NCBI RefSeq assembly: GCF_003334315.1
Contig: NZ_QOWR01000008.1
Direction: 5' to 3' (one strand)
DNA from: Escherichia coli
GTDB taxonomy: Bacteria; Pseudomonadota; Gammaproteobacteria; Enterobacterales; Enterobacteriaceae
DNA length: 64,000 nucleotides
Made by a program: the position numbers and the translations under genes. Numbering within the stretch: position 1 is the first letter of the stretch; each line of letters opens with the position of its first letter. The notes below the pieces were generated by a model. That model was not told the DNA's origin. It ran no database searches and was given only the letters and a program-made list of their open reading frames with translations. Below, piece by piece: positions 11,302 through 25,558 of this stretch.

Positions 11302-12612
11302 TTAACCCTGCAGCAGAGACAGAACCTGCTGCGGTACCTGGTTGGCTTTTGCCAGTACGGAGTTACCGGCCTGCTGGATAATCTGCGCTTTCGACATGTT
11401 GGACACTTCGGTCGCATAGTCGGCGTCCTGAATACGGGACTGCGCTTCAGACAGGTTGGTAGTGGTGTTGTTCAGGTTGGTGACTGCGGAATCCAGACGG
11501 TTTTGCACCGCACCGAGGGAGGAGCGGAAAGTATCAACCTGTGCAATCGCTTTGTCTAAAAGTGCCAGTGGATCAGCAGAAGAAGCCCCTGAGAACTGTG
11601 CAGTCGGTTTTGCTGTTGATAATTCAACAACAACTTTATTATCTGTTGCTTTTGCCGCAGTATTATCATCAAGTGCCTTTGAAACCGTTGTAGCGTAGTT
11701 TTTACCTTGGAATGTTACATATCCCGCAGCCGAGCCGTCAGAGTCAGCGGCAACTTTAATCAGTTGATCTTTCTGAGTAGCCGCAGTCGTTAGTCCATTA
11801 TCGGTGTCTGTGTATTCGACATCGGCTTTATTCAACGTGACTTTGCCGTCTGTATGATTAATCGACGCGGAGTAGAAATCATTGCCGGATTGAACGACGA
11901 ACTGTGATGTAGCAGCCCCTTTCGCATCCAGAGTGTTGTGTAACGTCAGGCTAGAAACATCGACTGTTTTACCTGTCGCAGTAGTCAGATCTTTCGCAAC
12001 AGCAGTGAAATCAACACCAACAGGTTTTGCCCCGGCGGCACCGGTAATTTGAGTAATGGAATCACTAACGTTAAGTGACTGACCCGAAACGGAGAAACCG
12101 TTCAGTCCTAATGTAGAAGAGTCAATCTTCTGCAAATCAATGCTAATAGTCTGCCCATCATTCGCGCCAACCTGAATCTTCATCGAACCATCTTTCGCCA
12201 GCACATTCACGCCGTTGAACTGGGTCTGACCGGAAACGCGATCAATTTCATCCAGACGGGATTTGATTTCGTCCTGGATTGAAGACAGGTCAGAATCAGA
12301 GTTAGTCCCGGTCGTCGCCTGAACGGTCAACTCACGCACACGCTGCAAGTTGTTGTTGATTTCAGACAGCGCGCCTTCAGTGGTCTGCGCCAGAGAGATA
12401 CCGTCGTTGGCGTTACGTGCGGCCTGAGTCAGACCTTTGATGTTAGAGGTGAAGCGGTTAGCAATCGCCTGGCCCGCAGCGTCATCTTTAGCGCTGTTAA
12501 TGCGCAGACCAGAAGAGAGGCGCTCGATAGAAGTCGACAGCGCAGACTGGTTTTTGTTGATGTTGTTCTGAGTGATCAGCGAGAGGCTGTTGGTATTAAT
12601 GACTTGTGCCAT
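11302..12612 (-). CDS. fliC: flagellin (H-antigen), non-K-12 allele
   Basis: MAQVINTNSLSLITQNNINKNQSALSTSIERLSSGLRINSAKDDAAGQAIANRF... ends ...NQVPQQVLSLLQG; conserved D0/D1 termini with a divergent central region; 436 aa against 498 in K-12. Confidence 0.9.
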   Translation of the reverse strand: MAQVINTNSLSLITQNNINKNQSALSTSIERLSSGLRINSAKDDAAGQAIANRFTSNIKGLTQAARNANDGISLAQTTEGALSEINNNLQRVRELTVQATTGTNSDSDLSSIQDEIKSRLDEIDRVSGQTQFNGVNVLAKDGSMKIQVGANDGQTISIDLQKIDSSTLGLNGFSVSGQSLNVSDSITQITGAAGAKPVGVDFTAVAKDLTTATGKTVDVSSLTLHNTLDAKGAATSQFVVQSGNDFYSASINHTDGKVTLNKADVEYTDTDNGLTTAATQKDQLIKVAADSDGSAAGYVTFQGKNYATTVSKALDDNTAAKATDNKVVVELSTAKPTAQFSGASSADPLALLDKAIAQVDTFRSSLGAVQNRLDSAVTNLNNTTTNLSEAQSRIQDADYATEVSNMSKAQIIQQAGNSVLAKANQVPQQVLSLLQG

Positions 12613-12688
12613 GATTTCTTTTCCTGTTTTCAAGTCTACGGTTTAAGTATTGGGCTTCCACCCTTCGGCTTCGTCGCCGTCAACCCTG

Positions 12689-12715
12689 TTATCGTCTGGT
12701 CACTCACAACCTTTA
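12689..12715 (-). promoter_or_regulatory. sigma-28 promoter of fliC
   Basis: minus strand TAAAGGTT-N11-GACGATAA, matching the sigma-28 consensus TAAAGTTT-N11-GCCGATAA. Confidence 0.6.
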
Positions 12716-12788
12716 GAATTTTTTTCTAGCGGTCGAAATACTCCCCTTCCTCGTTGCTGTTCGTGCCATTAAGGCAAAAAATAAATCG

Positions 12789-12815
12789 TAAACTTTACCC
12801 CGCTTACGCCGATAA
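12789..12815 (+). promoter_or_regulatory. sigma-28 promoter of fliD
   Basis: TAAACTTT-N11-GCCGATAA about 45 nt upstream of the fliD ATG. Confidence 0.6.
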
Positions 12816-12859
12816 CCCCGGTATTCGTTCTATACACGTCGCATGATTAAGGAAACTAT

Positions 12860-14275
12860 ATGGCTAGTATTTCAACGCTTGGGGTTGGGTCGGGGCTGAA
12901 CTTAAGCAGCATCCTTGACAGTCTGGAGGCGGCAGAAAAATCTACCCTGACGCCGATATCAAAACAGCAAAGCTCTTACACCGCGAAACTGAGCGCCTAC
13001 GGGACGCTGAAAAGTGCACTAGAGAGTTTCCAGACAGCCAACACAGCACTGAATAAAGCCGATTTATTTACCGCCACCTCAACCACCAGCAGTTCATCGG
13101 CTTTCAGCGCCACCACCACGGGCAGCGCGATTGCTGGGAAATACACCATTAGCGTTAGCCAACTGGCGCAGGCACAGACGCTGACAACAAAAAATAGTCA
13201 AAAAGACAGTAAAGCCGCCATCGCCACCAGCGATAGCGTACTAACCATCCAGCAAGGTGGCGGTAAAGATCCGGTCACGATTGATATCAGCGCGGCTAAC
13301 TCGTCACTTTCCGGCATTCGCGATGCCATTAACAACGCCAAAGCTGGTGTCAGCGCCAGTATCATCCATGTGGGTAACGGCGAGTATCGTCTGTCCATCA
13401 CTGCTAACGATACGGGCAGCGATAACGCTATGAAACTTAGCGTCAGCGGCGACAGCGCCCTGGAAAGTTTTATGGGTTACAACGGAACGTCGGGTGATAG
13501 CAGCAATGGCATGATTGAAAGCGTCACTGCGCAAAACGCCAAACTGACAGTCAATAACGTTGAGATTGAAAACAGCAGTAACACTATCAGCGACGCGCTG
13601 GAAGATATCACCCTCAACCTGAATGACGTCACCACCGGTAATCAGACACTGACCATCAGTAAAGACACATCCAAAGCTGAAAATGCGGTTAAAACGTGGG
13701 TGGATGCCTATAACTCATTGCAGGATACGTTCAGCAGCTTAACCAAATACACCGCTGTCGATGCCGGAGCAGAGAGTCAGGACTCCAGCAATGGCGCATT
13801 ACTCGGTGACTCCACACTGCGTACCATCCAGACTCAGCTTAAAACCTTGCTCGCCAATACTCACAGCAGTTCAAACTATAAAACGCTGGCACAGATTGGC
13901 ATTACCAGCGATGCCAGTACCGGCAAGCTGGAAATCGCGACCGACAAACTGCAAACGGCGCTAAAAAAAGATGCCGCTGGCATCAGTGAAATGTTTATAG
14001 GTGACGGTAAAAGTACAGGGGTAACCACCGGCATTAGTAGCAACCTAACCAGTTGGCTCTCTTCCACCGGGATAATCCAGGCCGCAAAAGATGGCGTCAG
14101 CAAAACGCTGAATAATTTGACCGACCAGTACAACGCAGCCAGTGAGCGTATCGATACCTTAATGACGCGCTATAAAGCCCAGTTCACCCAATTAGATGTG
14201 TTAATGAACTCGCTTAACTCCACCAGTAGCTATCTGACACAGCAATTCGACACCTCAAATAGCAACTCGAAATAA
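12860..14275 (+). CDS. fliD: flagellar filament cap protein
   Basis: 471 aa MASISTLGVGSGLNLSSILDSLEAAEKSTLTPI... Confidence 0.9.
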   Translation: MASISTLGVGSGLNLSSILDSLEAAEKSTLTPISKQQSSYTAKLSAYGTLKSALESFQTANTALNKADLFTATSTTSSSSAFSATTTGSAIAGKYTISVSQLAQAQTLTTKNSQKDSKAAIATSDSVLTIQQGGGKDPVTIDISAANSSLSGIRDAINNAKAGVSASIIHVGNGEYRLSITANDTGSDNAMKLSVSGDSALESFMGYNGTSGDSSNGMIESVTAQNAKLTVNNVEIENSSNTISDALEDITLNLNDVTTGNQTLTISKDTSKAENAVKTWVDAYNSLQDTFSSLTKYTAVDAGAESQDSSNGALLGDSTLRTIQTQLKTLLANTHSSSNYKTLAQIGITSDASTGKLEIATDKLQTALKKDAAGISEMFIGDGKSTGVTTGISSNLTSWLSSTGIIQAAKDGVSKTLNNLTDQYNAASERIDTLMTRYKAQFTQLDVLMNSLNSTSSYLTQQFDTSNSNSK

Positions 14276-14290
14276 TCTTCAGGAGAAACT

Positions 14291-14701
14291 ATGTACGCGG
14301 CAAAAGGCACCCAGGCCTATGCACAAATTGGCGTCGAAAGCGCCGTAATGAGCGCCAGCCAACAGCAGCTGGTCACCATGCTATTTGATGGAGTGCTGAG
14401 CGCACTGGTTAGAGCGCGCCTGTTTATGCAGGACAACAATCAGCAAGGCAAAGGCGTCTCTTTATCAAAAGCGATCAACATCATTGAGAACGGGCTGCGG
14501 GTGAGTCTTGATGAAGAGAGCAAAGACGAATTAACCCAAAACTTGATTGCTCTTTATAGCTATATGGTCAGGCGTTTGCTGCAAGCCAATTTACGCAACG
14601 ATGTCTCCGCAGTCGAAGAAGTGGAAGCATTAATGCGCAATATTGCCGATGCCTGGAAAGAGTCTTTACTCTCCCCTTCTTTGATTCAGGACCCAGTCTG
14701 A
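14291..14701 (+). CDS. fliS: flagellin-specific chaperone
   Basis: 136 aa, immediately downstream of fliD. Confidence 0.9.
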   Translation: MYAAKGTQAYAQIGVESAVMSASQQQLVTMLFDGVLSALVRARLFMQDNNQQGKGVSLSKAINIIENGLRVSLDEESKDELTQNLIALYSYMVRRLLQANLRNDVSAVEEVEALMRNIADAWKESLLSPSLIQDPV

Positions 14702-15066
14702 TGAACGACGCACCGCATTTGTATTTCGCCTGGCAACAACTCGTCGAAAAAAGCCAGCTCATGTTACGCCTGGCAACGGAAGAACAATGGGACGAACTCA
14801 TCGCCAGCGAAATGGCGTATGTGAATGCGGTGCAGGAGATTGCACATCTGACTGAAGAGATTGACCCGTCCATCACGATGCAGGAGCAGCTCCGCCCGAT
14901 GCTGCGCCTGATTCTCGACAACGAAAGCAAGGTAAAGCAGTTATTACAGATTCGGATGGATGAACTGGCGAAACTGGTCGGTCAGTCATCGGTGCAAAAA
15001 TCGGTGTTAAGTGCCTATGGCGATCAGGGCGGCTTTGTGCTGGCTCCGCAGGATAACCTCTTTTGA
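14701..15066 (+). CDS. fliT: flagellar export chaperone FliT (anti-FlhDC)
   Basis: 121 aa; its start overlaps the fliS stop (TGATG). Confidence 0.9.
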   Translation: MNDAPHLYFAWQQLVEKSQLMLRLATEEQWDELIASEMAYVNAVQEIAHLTEEIDPSITMQEQLRPMLRLILDNESKVKQLLQIRMDELAKLVGQSSVQKSVLSAYGDQGGFVLAPQDNLF

Positions 15067-15143
15067 ATCTGAATGAGTCGATGGCTCGCGAATAATCCGA
15101 TTACGGCTACGCTTCTAATGTTCCCCTTGAATGGAGTCGAAGA

Positions 15144-16631
15144 ATGCGTAATCCCACGCTGTTACAATGTTTTCACTGGTATTACCCGGAAGGCGGTAAG
15201 CTCTGGCCTGAACTGGCCGAGCGCGCCGACGGTTTTAATGATATTGGTATCAATATGGTCTGGTTGCCGCCCGCCTATAAAGGCGCATCGGGCGGGTATT
15301 CGGTCGGCTACGACTCCTATGATTTATTTGATTTAGGCGAGTTTGATCAGAAAGGCAGCATCCCTACTAAATATGGCGTTAAAGCACAACTGCTGGCCGC
15401 CATTGACGCCCTGAAACGTAATGACATTGCGGTGCTGTTGGACGTGGTAGTCAACCACAAAATGGGCGCGGATGAAAAAGAAGCTATTCGCGTGCAGCGT
15501 GTAAATGCTGATGACCGTACGCAAATTGACGAAGAAATCATTGAGTGTGAAGGCTGGACGCGTTACACCTTCCCCGCCCGTGCCGGGCAATACTCGCAGT
15601 TTATCTGGGATTTCAAATGTTTTAGCGGTATCGACCATATCGAAAACCCTGATGAAGATGGCATATTTAAAATTGTTAACGACTACACCGGCGAAGGCTG
15701 GAACGATCAGGTTGATGATGAATTAGGTAATTTCGATTATCTGATGGGTGAGAATATCGATTTTCGCAATCATGCCGTGACGGAAGAGATTAAATACTGG
15801 GCGCGCTGGGTGATGGAACAAACGCAATGCGACGGTTTTCGTCTTGATGCGGTCAAACATATTCCGGCGTGGTTTTATAAAGAGTGGATCGAACACGTAC
15901 AGGAAGTTGCGCCAAAGCCGCTGTTTATTGTGGCAGAGTACTGGTCACATGAAGTCGATAAACTGCAAACGTATATTGATCAGGTGGAAGGCAAAACCAT
16001 GCTGTTCGATGCGCCGCTGCAGATGAAATTCCATGAAGCATCGCGCATGGGGCGCGACTACGACATGACGCAGATTTTCACGGGTACATTAGTGGAAGCC
16101 GATCCTTTCCACGCCGTAACCCTCGTTGCCAACCACGACACCCAACCGTTGCAAGCCCTCGAAGCCCCCGTCGAACCGTGGTTTAAACCGCTGGCGTATG
16201 CCTTAATTTTGTTGCGGGAAAATGGCGTTCCTTCGGTGTTCTATCCGGACCTCTACGGTGCGCATTACGAAGATGTCGGCGGTGACGGGCAAACCTATCC
16301 GATAGATATGCCAATAATCGAACAGCTTGATGAGTTAATTCTCGCCCGTCAGCGTTTCGCCCACGGTGTACAGACGTTATTTTTCGACCATCCGAACTGC
16401 ATTGCCTTTAGCCGCAGTGGCACTGACGAATATCCTGGCTGCGTGGTGGTCATGTCGAACGGGGATGATGGCGAAAAAACCATTCATCTGGGAGAGAATT
16501 ACGGCAATAAAACCTGGCGTGATTTTCTGGGGAACCGGCAAGAGAGCGTAGTGACCGACGAAAACGGCGAAGCAACCTTCTTTTGCAACGGCGGCAGCGT
16601 CAGCGTGTGGGTTATCGAAGAGGTGATTTAA
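15144..16631 (+). CDS. amyA: cytoplasmic alpha-amylase (GH13)
   Basis: 495 aa with GH13 signatures [15 protein letters not shown] and VANHD. Confidence 0.9.
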   Translation: MRNPTLLQCFHWYYPEGGKLWPELAERADGFNDIGINMVWLPPAYKGASGGYSVGYDSYDLFDLGEFDQKGSIPTKYGVKAQLLAAIDALKRNDIAVLLDVVVNHKMGADEKEAIRVQRVNADDRTQIDEEIIECEGWTRYTFPARAGQYSQFIWDFKCFSGIDHIENPDEDGIFKIVNDYTGEGWNDQVDDELGNFDYLMGENIDFRNHAVTEEIKYWARWVMEQTQCDGFRLDAVKHIPAWFYKEWIEHVQEVAPKPLFIVAEYWSHEVDKLQTYIDQVEGKTMLFDAPLQMKFHEASRMGRDYDMTQIFTGTLVEADPFHAVTLVANHDTQPLQALEAPVEPWFKPLAYALILLRENGVPSVFYPDLYGAHYEDVGGDGQTYPIDMPIIEQLDELILARQRFAHGVQTLFFDHPNCIAFSRSGTDEYPGCVVVMSNGDDGEKTIHLGENYGNKTWRDFLGNRQESVVTDENGEATFFCNGGSVSVWVIEEVI

Positions 16632-16664
16632 ATTCATCCCCGGCGGCAAGCCGGGGAGATTTCA

Positions 16665-17081
16665 TTACGGCAGTGGCGTCGGTAACGGCGCTTTATCCAG
16701 CGCGGCGGCACACTCTGCCGTCGGGCGATCCACACGCTCCATCGTCATACCATCGTACTCAATGGTGTTACCGTCACGCTCAACCTCGTACAGCTCACGT
16801 TTTACGGTAACGTTAGTGAGATCATCAGACATCAATGTCAACTTACCCGGCACAGCAATCACCCGCTGCCACTGACGGCAATCCAGAGTATCGCCCTCTT
16901 TAGTGACAATCAGGCTGCCTATCGCTTCCGGACTGACCAGCGCACGTTGCGGCCCTTTGGTCTGCCAGTAGCCCGCCAGCCAGTCCGGCGCGGGGGTTTT
17001 CACGACATTGTTATAGTTTTCGACTTCGGCACAGCCCGCCAGCAACATGAGCGCGCCTGCAATTGCGAGTTTTTTCATCAT
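16665..17081 (-). CDS. yedD: lipoprotein YedD
   Basis: 138 aa; lipobox LLAGC in MMKKLAIAGALMLLAGCAE. Confidence 0.85.
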   Translation of the reverse strand: MMKKLAIAGALMLLAGCAEVENYNNVVKTPAPDWLAGYWQTKGPQRALVSPEAIGSLIVTKEGDTLDCRQWQRVIAVPGKLTLMSDDLTNVTVKRELYEVERDGNTIEYDGMTMERVDRPTAECAAALDKAPLPTPLP

Positions 17082-17264
17082 TCGTCCTGCATGAGAAGAA
17101 AAGAGGATTGTGGCATTAAAGCCCTGATGTCGCCAGCCTTTCCAGGTTCAGAGAGAAATTTGATCTAACTATTATTTTTGTGAATTATTACCCCGAAAAT
17201 AAATGTGCATGATGTATGATTCGCGACTCTTGTTTCAAACCTTCTGAGTTCAGAGGCTACATTC

Positions 17265-18470
17265 ATGTCATGGCAGCAATTCAAACACGCCTGGTTGATT
17301 AAATTCTGGGCACCCATCCCTGCGGTCATCGCGGCGGGTATTCTCTCCACTTACTATTTTGGCATTACTGGCACCTTTTGGGCTGTCACGGGTGAATTTA
17401 CCCGTTGGGGCGGTCAGCTCCTGCAGCTGTTTGGCGTCCATGCTGAAGAGTGGGGTTACTTTAAAATTATCCATCTGGAAGGATCGCCATTAACCCGCAT
17501 CGACGGGATGATGATCCTCGGTATGTTTGGCGGCTGCTTTGCCGCAGCGCTGTGGGCCAACAATGTCAAACTGCGCATGCCACGCAGCCGTATCCGCATT
17601 ATGCAGGCCATCATTGGCGGCATTATCGCTGGTTTTGGCGCGCGTCTGGCAATGGGCTGTAACCTGGCAGCGTTCTTTACCGGTATTCCTCAGTTCTCGC
17701 TGCATGCCTGGTTCTTTGCCATCGCCACTGCCATTGGTTCATGGTTTGGCGCGCGCTTTACCCTGCTGCCCATCTTCCGTATTCCCGTGAAAATGCAGAA
17801 AGTTTCTGCCGCCTCACCGCTGACGCAAAAACCGGATCAGGCGCGGCGTCGTTTTCGTCTCGGGATGCTGGTCTTTTTCGGTATGCTGGGCTGGGCGCTG
17901 CTCACGGCGATGAACCAACCAAAACTGGGGCTGGCAATGCTGTTTGGCGTCGGCTTTGGTTTACTGATTGAACGTGCGCAAATCTGCTTTACTTCGGCGT
18001 TCCGCGATATGTGGATCACCGGACGTACCCATATGGCGAAAGCAATCATTATCGGTATGGCGGTGAGTGCCATCGGGATCTTCAGTTACGTACAGTTAGG
18101 CGTTGAACCCAAAATCATGTGGGCGGGACCAAACGCGGTAATTGGTGGTTTACTGTTTGGTTTTGGCATCGTGCTGGCAGGCGGCTGCGAAACCGGCTGG
18201 ATGTACCGCGCGGTAGAAGGCCAGGTGCACTACTGGTGGGTCGGTCTGGGCAATGTGATCGGCTCGACGATTCTGGCGTATTACTGGGATGATTTCGCTC
18301 CGGCGCTGGCCACCGACTGGGACAAAATCAACCTGCTGAAAACCTTTGGCCCGATGGGTGGCCTGCTGGTGACATATTTGCTGTTGTTTACTGCGCTGAT
18401 GTTGATTATCGGCTGGGAAAAACGCTTCTTCCGCCGTGCGGCACCGCAGACTGCTAAGGAGATCGCATGA
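17265..18470 (+). CDS. yedE: YedE family membrane protein (putative selenium or sulfur-compound transporter)
   Basis: 401-aa polytopic membrane protein; gene order yedE-yedF as in E. coli. Confidence 0.85.
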   Translation: MSWQQFKHAWLIKFWAPIPAVIAAGILSTYYFGITGTFWAVTGEFTRWGGQLLQLFGVHAEEWGYFKIIHLEGSPLTRIDGMMILGMFGGCFAAALWANNVKLRMPRSRIRIMQAIIGGIIAGFGARLAMGCNLAAFFTGIPQFSLHAWFFAIATAIGSWFGARFTLLPIFRIPVKMQKVSAASPLTQKPDQARRRFRLGMLVFFGMLGWALLTAMNQPKLGLAMLFGVGFGLLIERAQICFTSAFRDMWITGRTHMAKAIIIGMAVSAIGIFSYVQLGVEPKIMWAGPNAVIGGLLFGFGIVLAGGCETGWMYRAVEGQVHYWWVGLGNVIGSTILAYYWDDFAPALATDWDKINLLKTFGPMGGLLVTYLLLFTALMLIIGWEKRFFRRAAPQTAKEIA

Positions 18471-18700
18471 AAAATATCGTTCCTGATTACCGCCTTGATA
18501 TGGTGGGTGAACCCTGCCCTTATCCGGCAGTCGCAACTCTTGAGGCGATGCCGCAGTTAAAAAAAGGGGAAATCCTGGAAGTGGTGAGCGACTGTCCACA
18601 GTCGATCAATAATATCCCACTGGATGCGCGTAATCACGGCTATACGGTGCTGGATATTCAGCAAGACGGGCCGACCATTCGTTATTTAATTCAGAAGTAA
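18467..18700 (+). CDS. yedF: TusA-like sulfurtransferase family protein YedF
   Basis: 77 aa with the CPxP motif (GEPCPYPAV); start overlaps the yedE stop (ATGA). Confidence 0.85.
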   Translation: MKNIVPDYRLDMVGEPCPYPAVATLEAMPQLKKGEILEVVSDCPQSINNIPLDARNHGYTVLDIQQDGPTIRYLIQK

Positions 18701-18806
18701 TCCCTCATTCCCGCTGTGGCCCACTGCGGGAACATCGTTGCCTCTGACACATAGATTTTACCCACCCCCTCTCCTATTCTTTTCAGTATGATCTCAGGAG
18801 GTTTCT

Positions 18807-19475
18807 ATGTGTGGACGCTTTGCCCAATCCCAAACGCGTGAAGATTACCTTGCGCTTCTCGCGGAAGATATTGAACGCGATATTCCCTACGATCCCGAAC
18901 CCATTGGCAGATACAACGTCGCGCCGGGAACCAAAGTTCTTCTGCTCAGTGAACGTGATGAACACCTTCATCTGGATCCGGTTTTCTGGGGATATGCTCC
19001 CGGATGGTGGGATAAACCGCCGCTGATTAACGCCCGCGTAGAAACTGCGGCCACCAGTCGTATGTTTAAACCGCTCTGGCAACATGGTCGGGCAATCTGT
19101 TTTGCCGATGGCTGGTTTGAGTGGAAAAAAGAAGGCGACAAAAAACAGCCTTATTTTATCTATCGCGCTGATGGACAACCTGTTTTTATGGCCGCGATAG
19201 GTAGCACACCGTTTGAGCGCGGTGACGAAGCCGAAGGATTTTTAATTGTCACTGCAGCAGCAGACCAGGGTCTGGTATATATTCATGACCGCCGCCCGCT
19301 GGTTCTGTCGCCAGAAGCTGCACAGGAATGGATGCGGCAAGAGATTGGCGGTAAAGAAGCATCAGAAATTGCTACCAACGGCTGTGTGCCAGCAAACCAG
19401 TTCACCTGGCACCCGGTATCGCGCGCGGTAGGTAATGTCAAAAACCAGGGCGCGGAGTTAATTCAACCTATCTGA
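18807..19475 (+). CDS. yedK: SRAP-domain abasic-site processing protein (HMCES homologue)
   Basis: 222 aa beginning MCGRFAQ (catalytic Cys2). Confidence 0.85.
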   Translation: MCGRFAQSQTREDYLALLAEDIERDIPYDPEPIGRYNVAPGTKVLLLSERDEHLHLDPVFWGYAPGWWDKPPLINARVETAATSRMFKPLWQHGRAICFADGWFEWKKEGDKKQPYFIYRADGQPVFMAAIGSTPFERGDEAEGFLIVTAAADQGLVYIHDRRPLVLSPEAAQEWMRQEIGGKEASEIATNGCVPANQFTWHPVSRAVGNVKNQGAELIQPI

Positions 19476-19868
19476 TAAGCCTGGAGATTATTGATCAACA
19501 ATACTGCGTCATAAGAAATCTCTATTAGACAAAGTAGACGCTCCTTCCACATGCGCCACAAGAAACCTCTATTCCAGTGACACAATTACGCCTGATTATT
19601 TCCCTAGCCCGGAATATGAATAAAAACATCAACAAAGATTAAATTATTCAAACGTTACTGTTGCGTCTGCGGTCGTAGCAACATCCGACGTGGTGATGAG
19701 TGTTAAAAGAGACACTCTGATGTTCAGAGGGGTTATCGCGTTTACGGATCGTGGATGGCAGAAAACTTTCAGGATCAGGTATCCATTTTAAACCAGAAAT
19801 AGGGTGAGTTTGCCCCATCCATGCCCCACGCGGGCAGATGGGATGTAATTACCAACAGGTTACAAAAC

Positions 19869-20183
19869 CTACACCTGCATGGACATCACTTCCTGATACG
19901 CCGCCACCAGCTTATTACGCACCTGAATCCCCATTTGCATAGAAACTGAGGCTTTTTGCATATCGGTCATCACATCGTTTAACGCCACGCCGGGTTCACC
20001 GAGGGTGAATTTTTCTGCCTGCGTGCGGGCGGCTGTTTGTGTATCGCTTATGCGATCGAGCGCGGCGTGCAGCTGCCCGGTAAAACTAATGGTCGGTTGT
20101 GGCAGTGATTCCTGTGCACGCGCACTCATCGCCGTAGCCTGTAACTGGCTGATAACCCCTTCAATCCCCTGTATCGCTGACAT
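19869..20183 (-). CDS. fliE: flagellar hook-basal body protein FliE
   Basis: [24 protein letters not shown]...; 104 aa after trimming 10 upstream codons. Confidence 0.9.
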   Translation of the reverse strand: MSAIQGIEGVISQLQATAMSARAQESLPQPTISFTGQLHAALDRISDTQTAARTQAEKFTLGEPGVALNDVMTDMQKASVSMQMGIQVRNKLVAAYQEVMSMQV

Positions 20184-20397
20184 TTTCGTCTCCCGGATAA
20201 TTTCTGGTAGCAAAGCCTACCAGTAAGTCAATAAGACAAAGGCGCTAAATAGCAACAAAAAAACGGGTTTATTGGCGGATAGAAAAAAACGAAAGCACAA
20301 ATAATGGGAGCGTCAATTTTTCGAGTTTGCTGACCCGGGAGTGAGTCTTGTTCCACTTTGCCAATAACGCCGTCCATAATCAGCCACGAGGTGCGCG

Positions 20398-23722
<3,325 letters not shown>

Positions 23723-23723
<1 letters not shown>

Positions 23724-25096
23724 TGACCACGTGCCTGACTCGCTGGCTAACCACGCTGGATAACTTTGAAGCCAAAATGGCGCAGTTGCCTGCGGTACGT
23801 CGCTACGGGCGATTAACCCGCGCTACCGGGCTGGTGCTGGAAGCCACCGGATTACAATTGCCGCTCGGCGCAACCTGTGTGATTGAGCGCCAGAACGGCA
23901 CTGAAACGCACGAAGTAGAAAGCGAAGTCGTTGGCTTTAACGGTCAACGGCTGTTTTTAATGCCGCTGGAGGAAGTCGAAGGTGTCCTGCCCGGCGCGCG
24001 TGTTTATGCCAAAAACATTTCGGCAGAAGGGCTGCAAAGCGGCAAACAGTTGCCGCTCGGTCCGGCGTTATTAGGTCGCGTTCTGGACGGCAGCGGTAAA
24101 CCGCTCGATGGCCTCCCCTCCCCCGATACGACGGAAACCGGTGCGCTGATTACCCCACCATTTAACCCATTGCAACGTACACCGATTGAACATGTGCTGG
24201 ACACTGGCGTGCGCCCAATCAATGCCCTGCTTACCGTTGGGCGTGGGCAGCGTATGGGGCTGTTTGCCGGGTCCGGCGTTGGTAAAAGTGTGCTGCTGGG
24301 GATGATGGCCCGTTACACCCGCGCCGATGTCATTGTCGTGGGTTTGATTGGTGAACGAGGGCGCGAAGTAAAAGATTTTATTGAGAATATCCTCGGTGCC
24401 GAAGGGCGTGCACGCTCAGTAGTGATTGCCGCTCCGGCGGATGTTTCTCCGCTCCTGCGAATGCAGGGTGCCGCCTATGCCACGCGCATTGCCGAAGATT
24501 TTCGCGATCGTGGTCAGCATGTATTGCTGATTATGGACTCCCTCACCCGCTACGCGATGGCCCAGCGTGAAATTGCGCTGGCGATTGGCGAACCACCCGC
24601 CACTAAAGGTTATCCCCCGTCGGTGTTTGCCAAATTACCGGCACTGGTCGAGCGTGCCGGAAATGGCATTAGCGGCGGCGGATCGATTACTGCATTTTAT
24701 ACCGTGCTCACTGAAGGCGATGACCAGCAGGACCCCATTGCCGACTCTGCGCGGGCAATCCTCGACGGTCACATTGTGCTGTCTCGCCGACTGGCGGAAG
24801 CCGGGCACTATCCGGCTATCGATATTGAAGCGTCGATCAGCCGCGCAATGACGGCGTTGATCAGTGAGCAACATTACGCGCGAGTGCGCACCTTCAAACA
24901 GCTGTTGTCGAGTTTTCAGCGTAACCGCGATCTGGTTAGCGTCGGCGCGTATGCCAAAGGCAGCGATCCGATGCTCGACAAAGCCATCGCCCTGTGGCCG
25001 CAGCTGGAGGGCTATTTGCAACAAGGCATTTTTGAACGCGCGGACTGGGAAGCGTCTCTCCAGGGGCTGGAGCGTATTTTCCCGACAGTGTCATAA
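23723..25096 (+). CDS. fliI: flagellum-specific ATPase FliI
   Basis: 457 aa; Walker A GSGVGKS; start overlaps the fliH stop. Confidence 0.95.
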
Positions 25097-25114
25097 CCCA
25101 GGAGATAACGGCAG

Positions 25115-25558
25115 ATGGCAGAACATGGCGCGCTGGCGACCCTGAAAGATCTGGCAGAAAAAGAGGTAGAGGATGCCGCGCGCCTGCTGGGTGAAATGCG
25201 TCGCGGGTGTCAGCAGGCGGAAGAACAGCTCAAAATGCTGATCGATTATCAGAATGAATATCGCAATAACCTCAATAGCGATATGAGTGCCGGGATGACC
25301 AGCAACCGCTGGATCAACTATCAGCAGTTTATCCAGACGCTGGAAAAAGCCATTACTCAGCATCGCCAGCAACTTAATCAGTGGACGCAGAAAGTTGACA
25401 TTGCCCTGAACAGCTGGCGAGAAAAGAAACAACGTTTGCAGGCCTGGCAGACACTGCAGGAACGGCAATCCACGGCGGCACTGCTTGCAGAAAACCGCCT
25501 CGATCAGAAAAAGATGGATGAGTTCGCCCAGCGCGCCGCCATGAGGAAACCTGAATGA
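25115..25558 (+). CDS. fliJ: flagellar export protein FliJ
   Basis: 147-aa coiled-coil protein. Confidence 0.9.
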   Translation: MAEHGALATLKDLAEKEVEDAARLLGEMRRGCQQAEEQLKMLIDYQNEYRNNLNSDMSAGMTSNRWINYQQFIQTLEKAITQHRQQLNQWTQKVDIALNSWREKKQRLQAWQTLQERQSTAALLAENRLDQKKMDEFAQRAAMRKPE

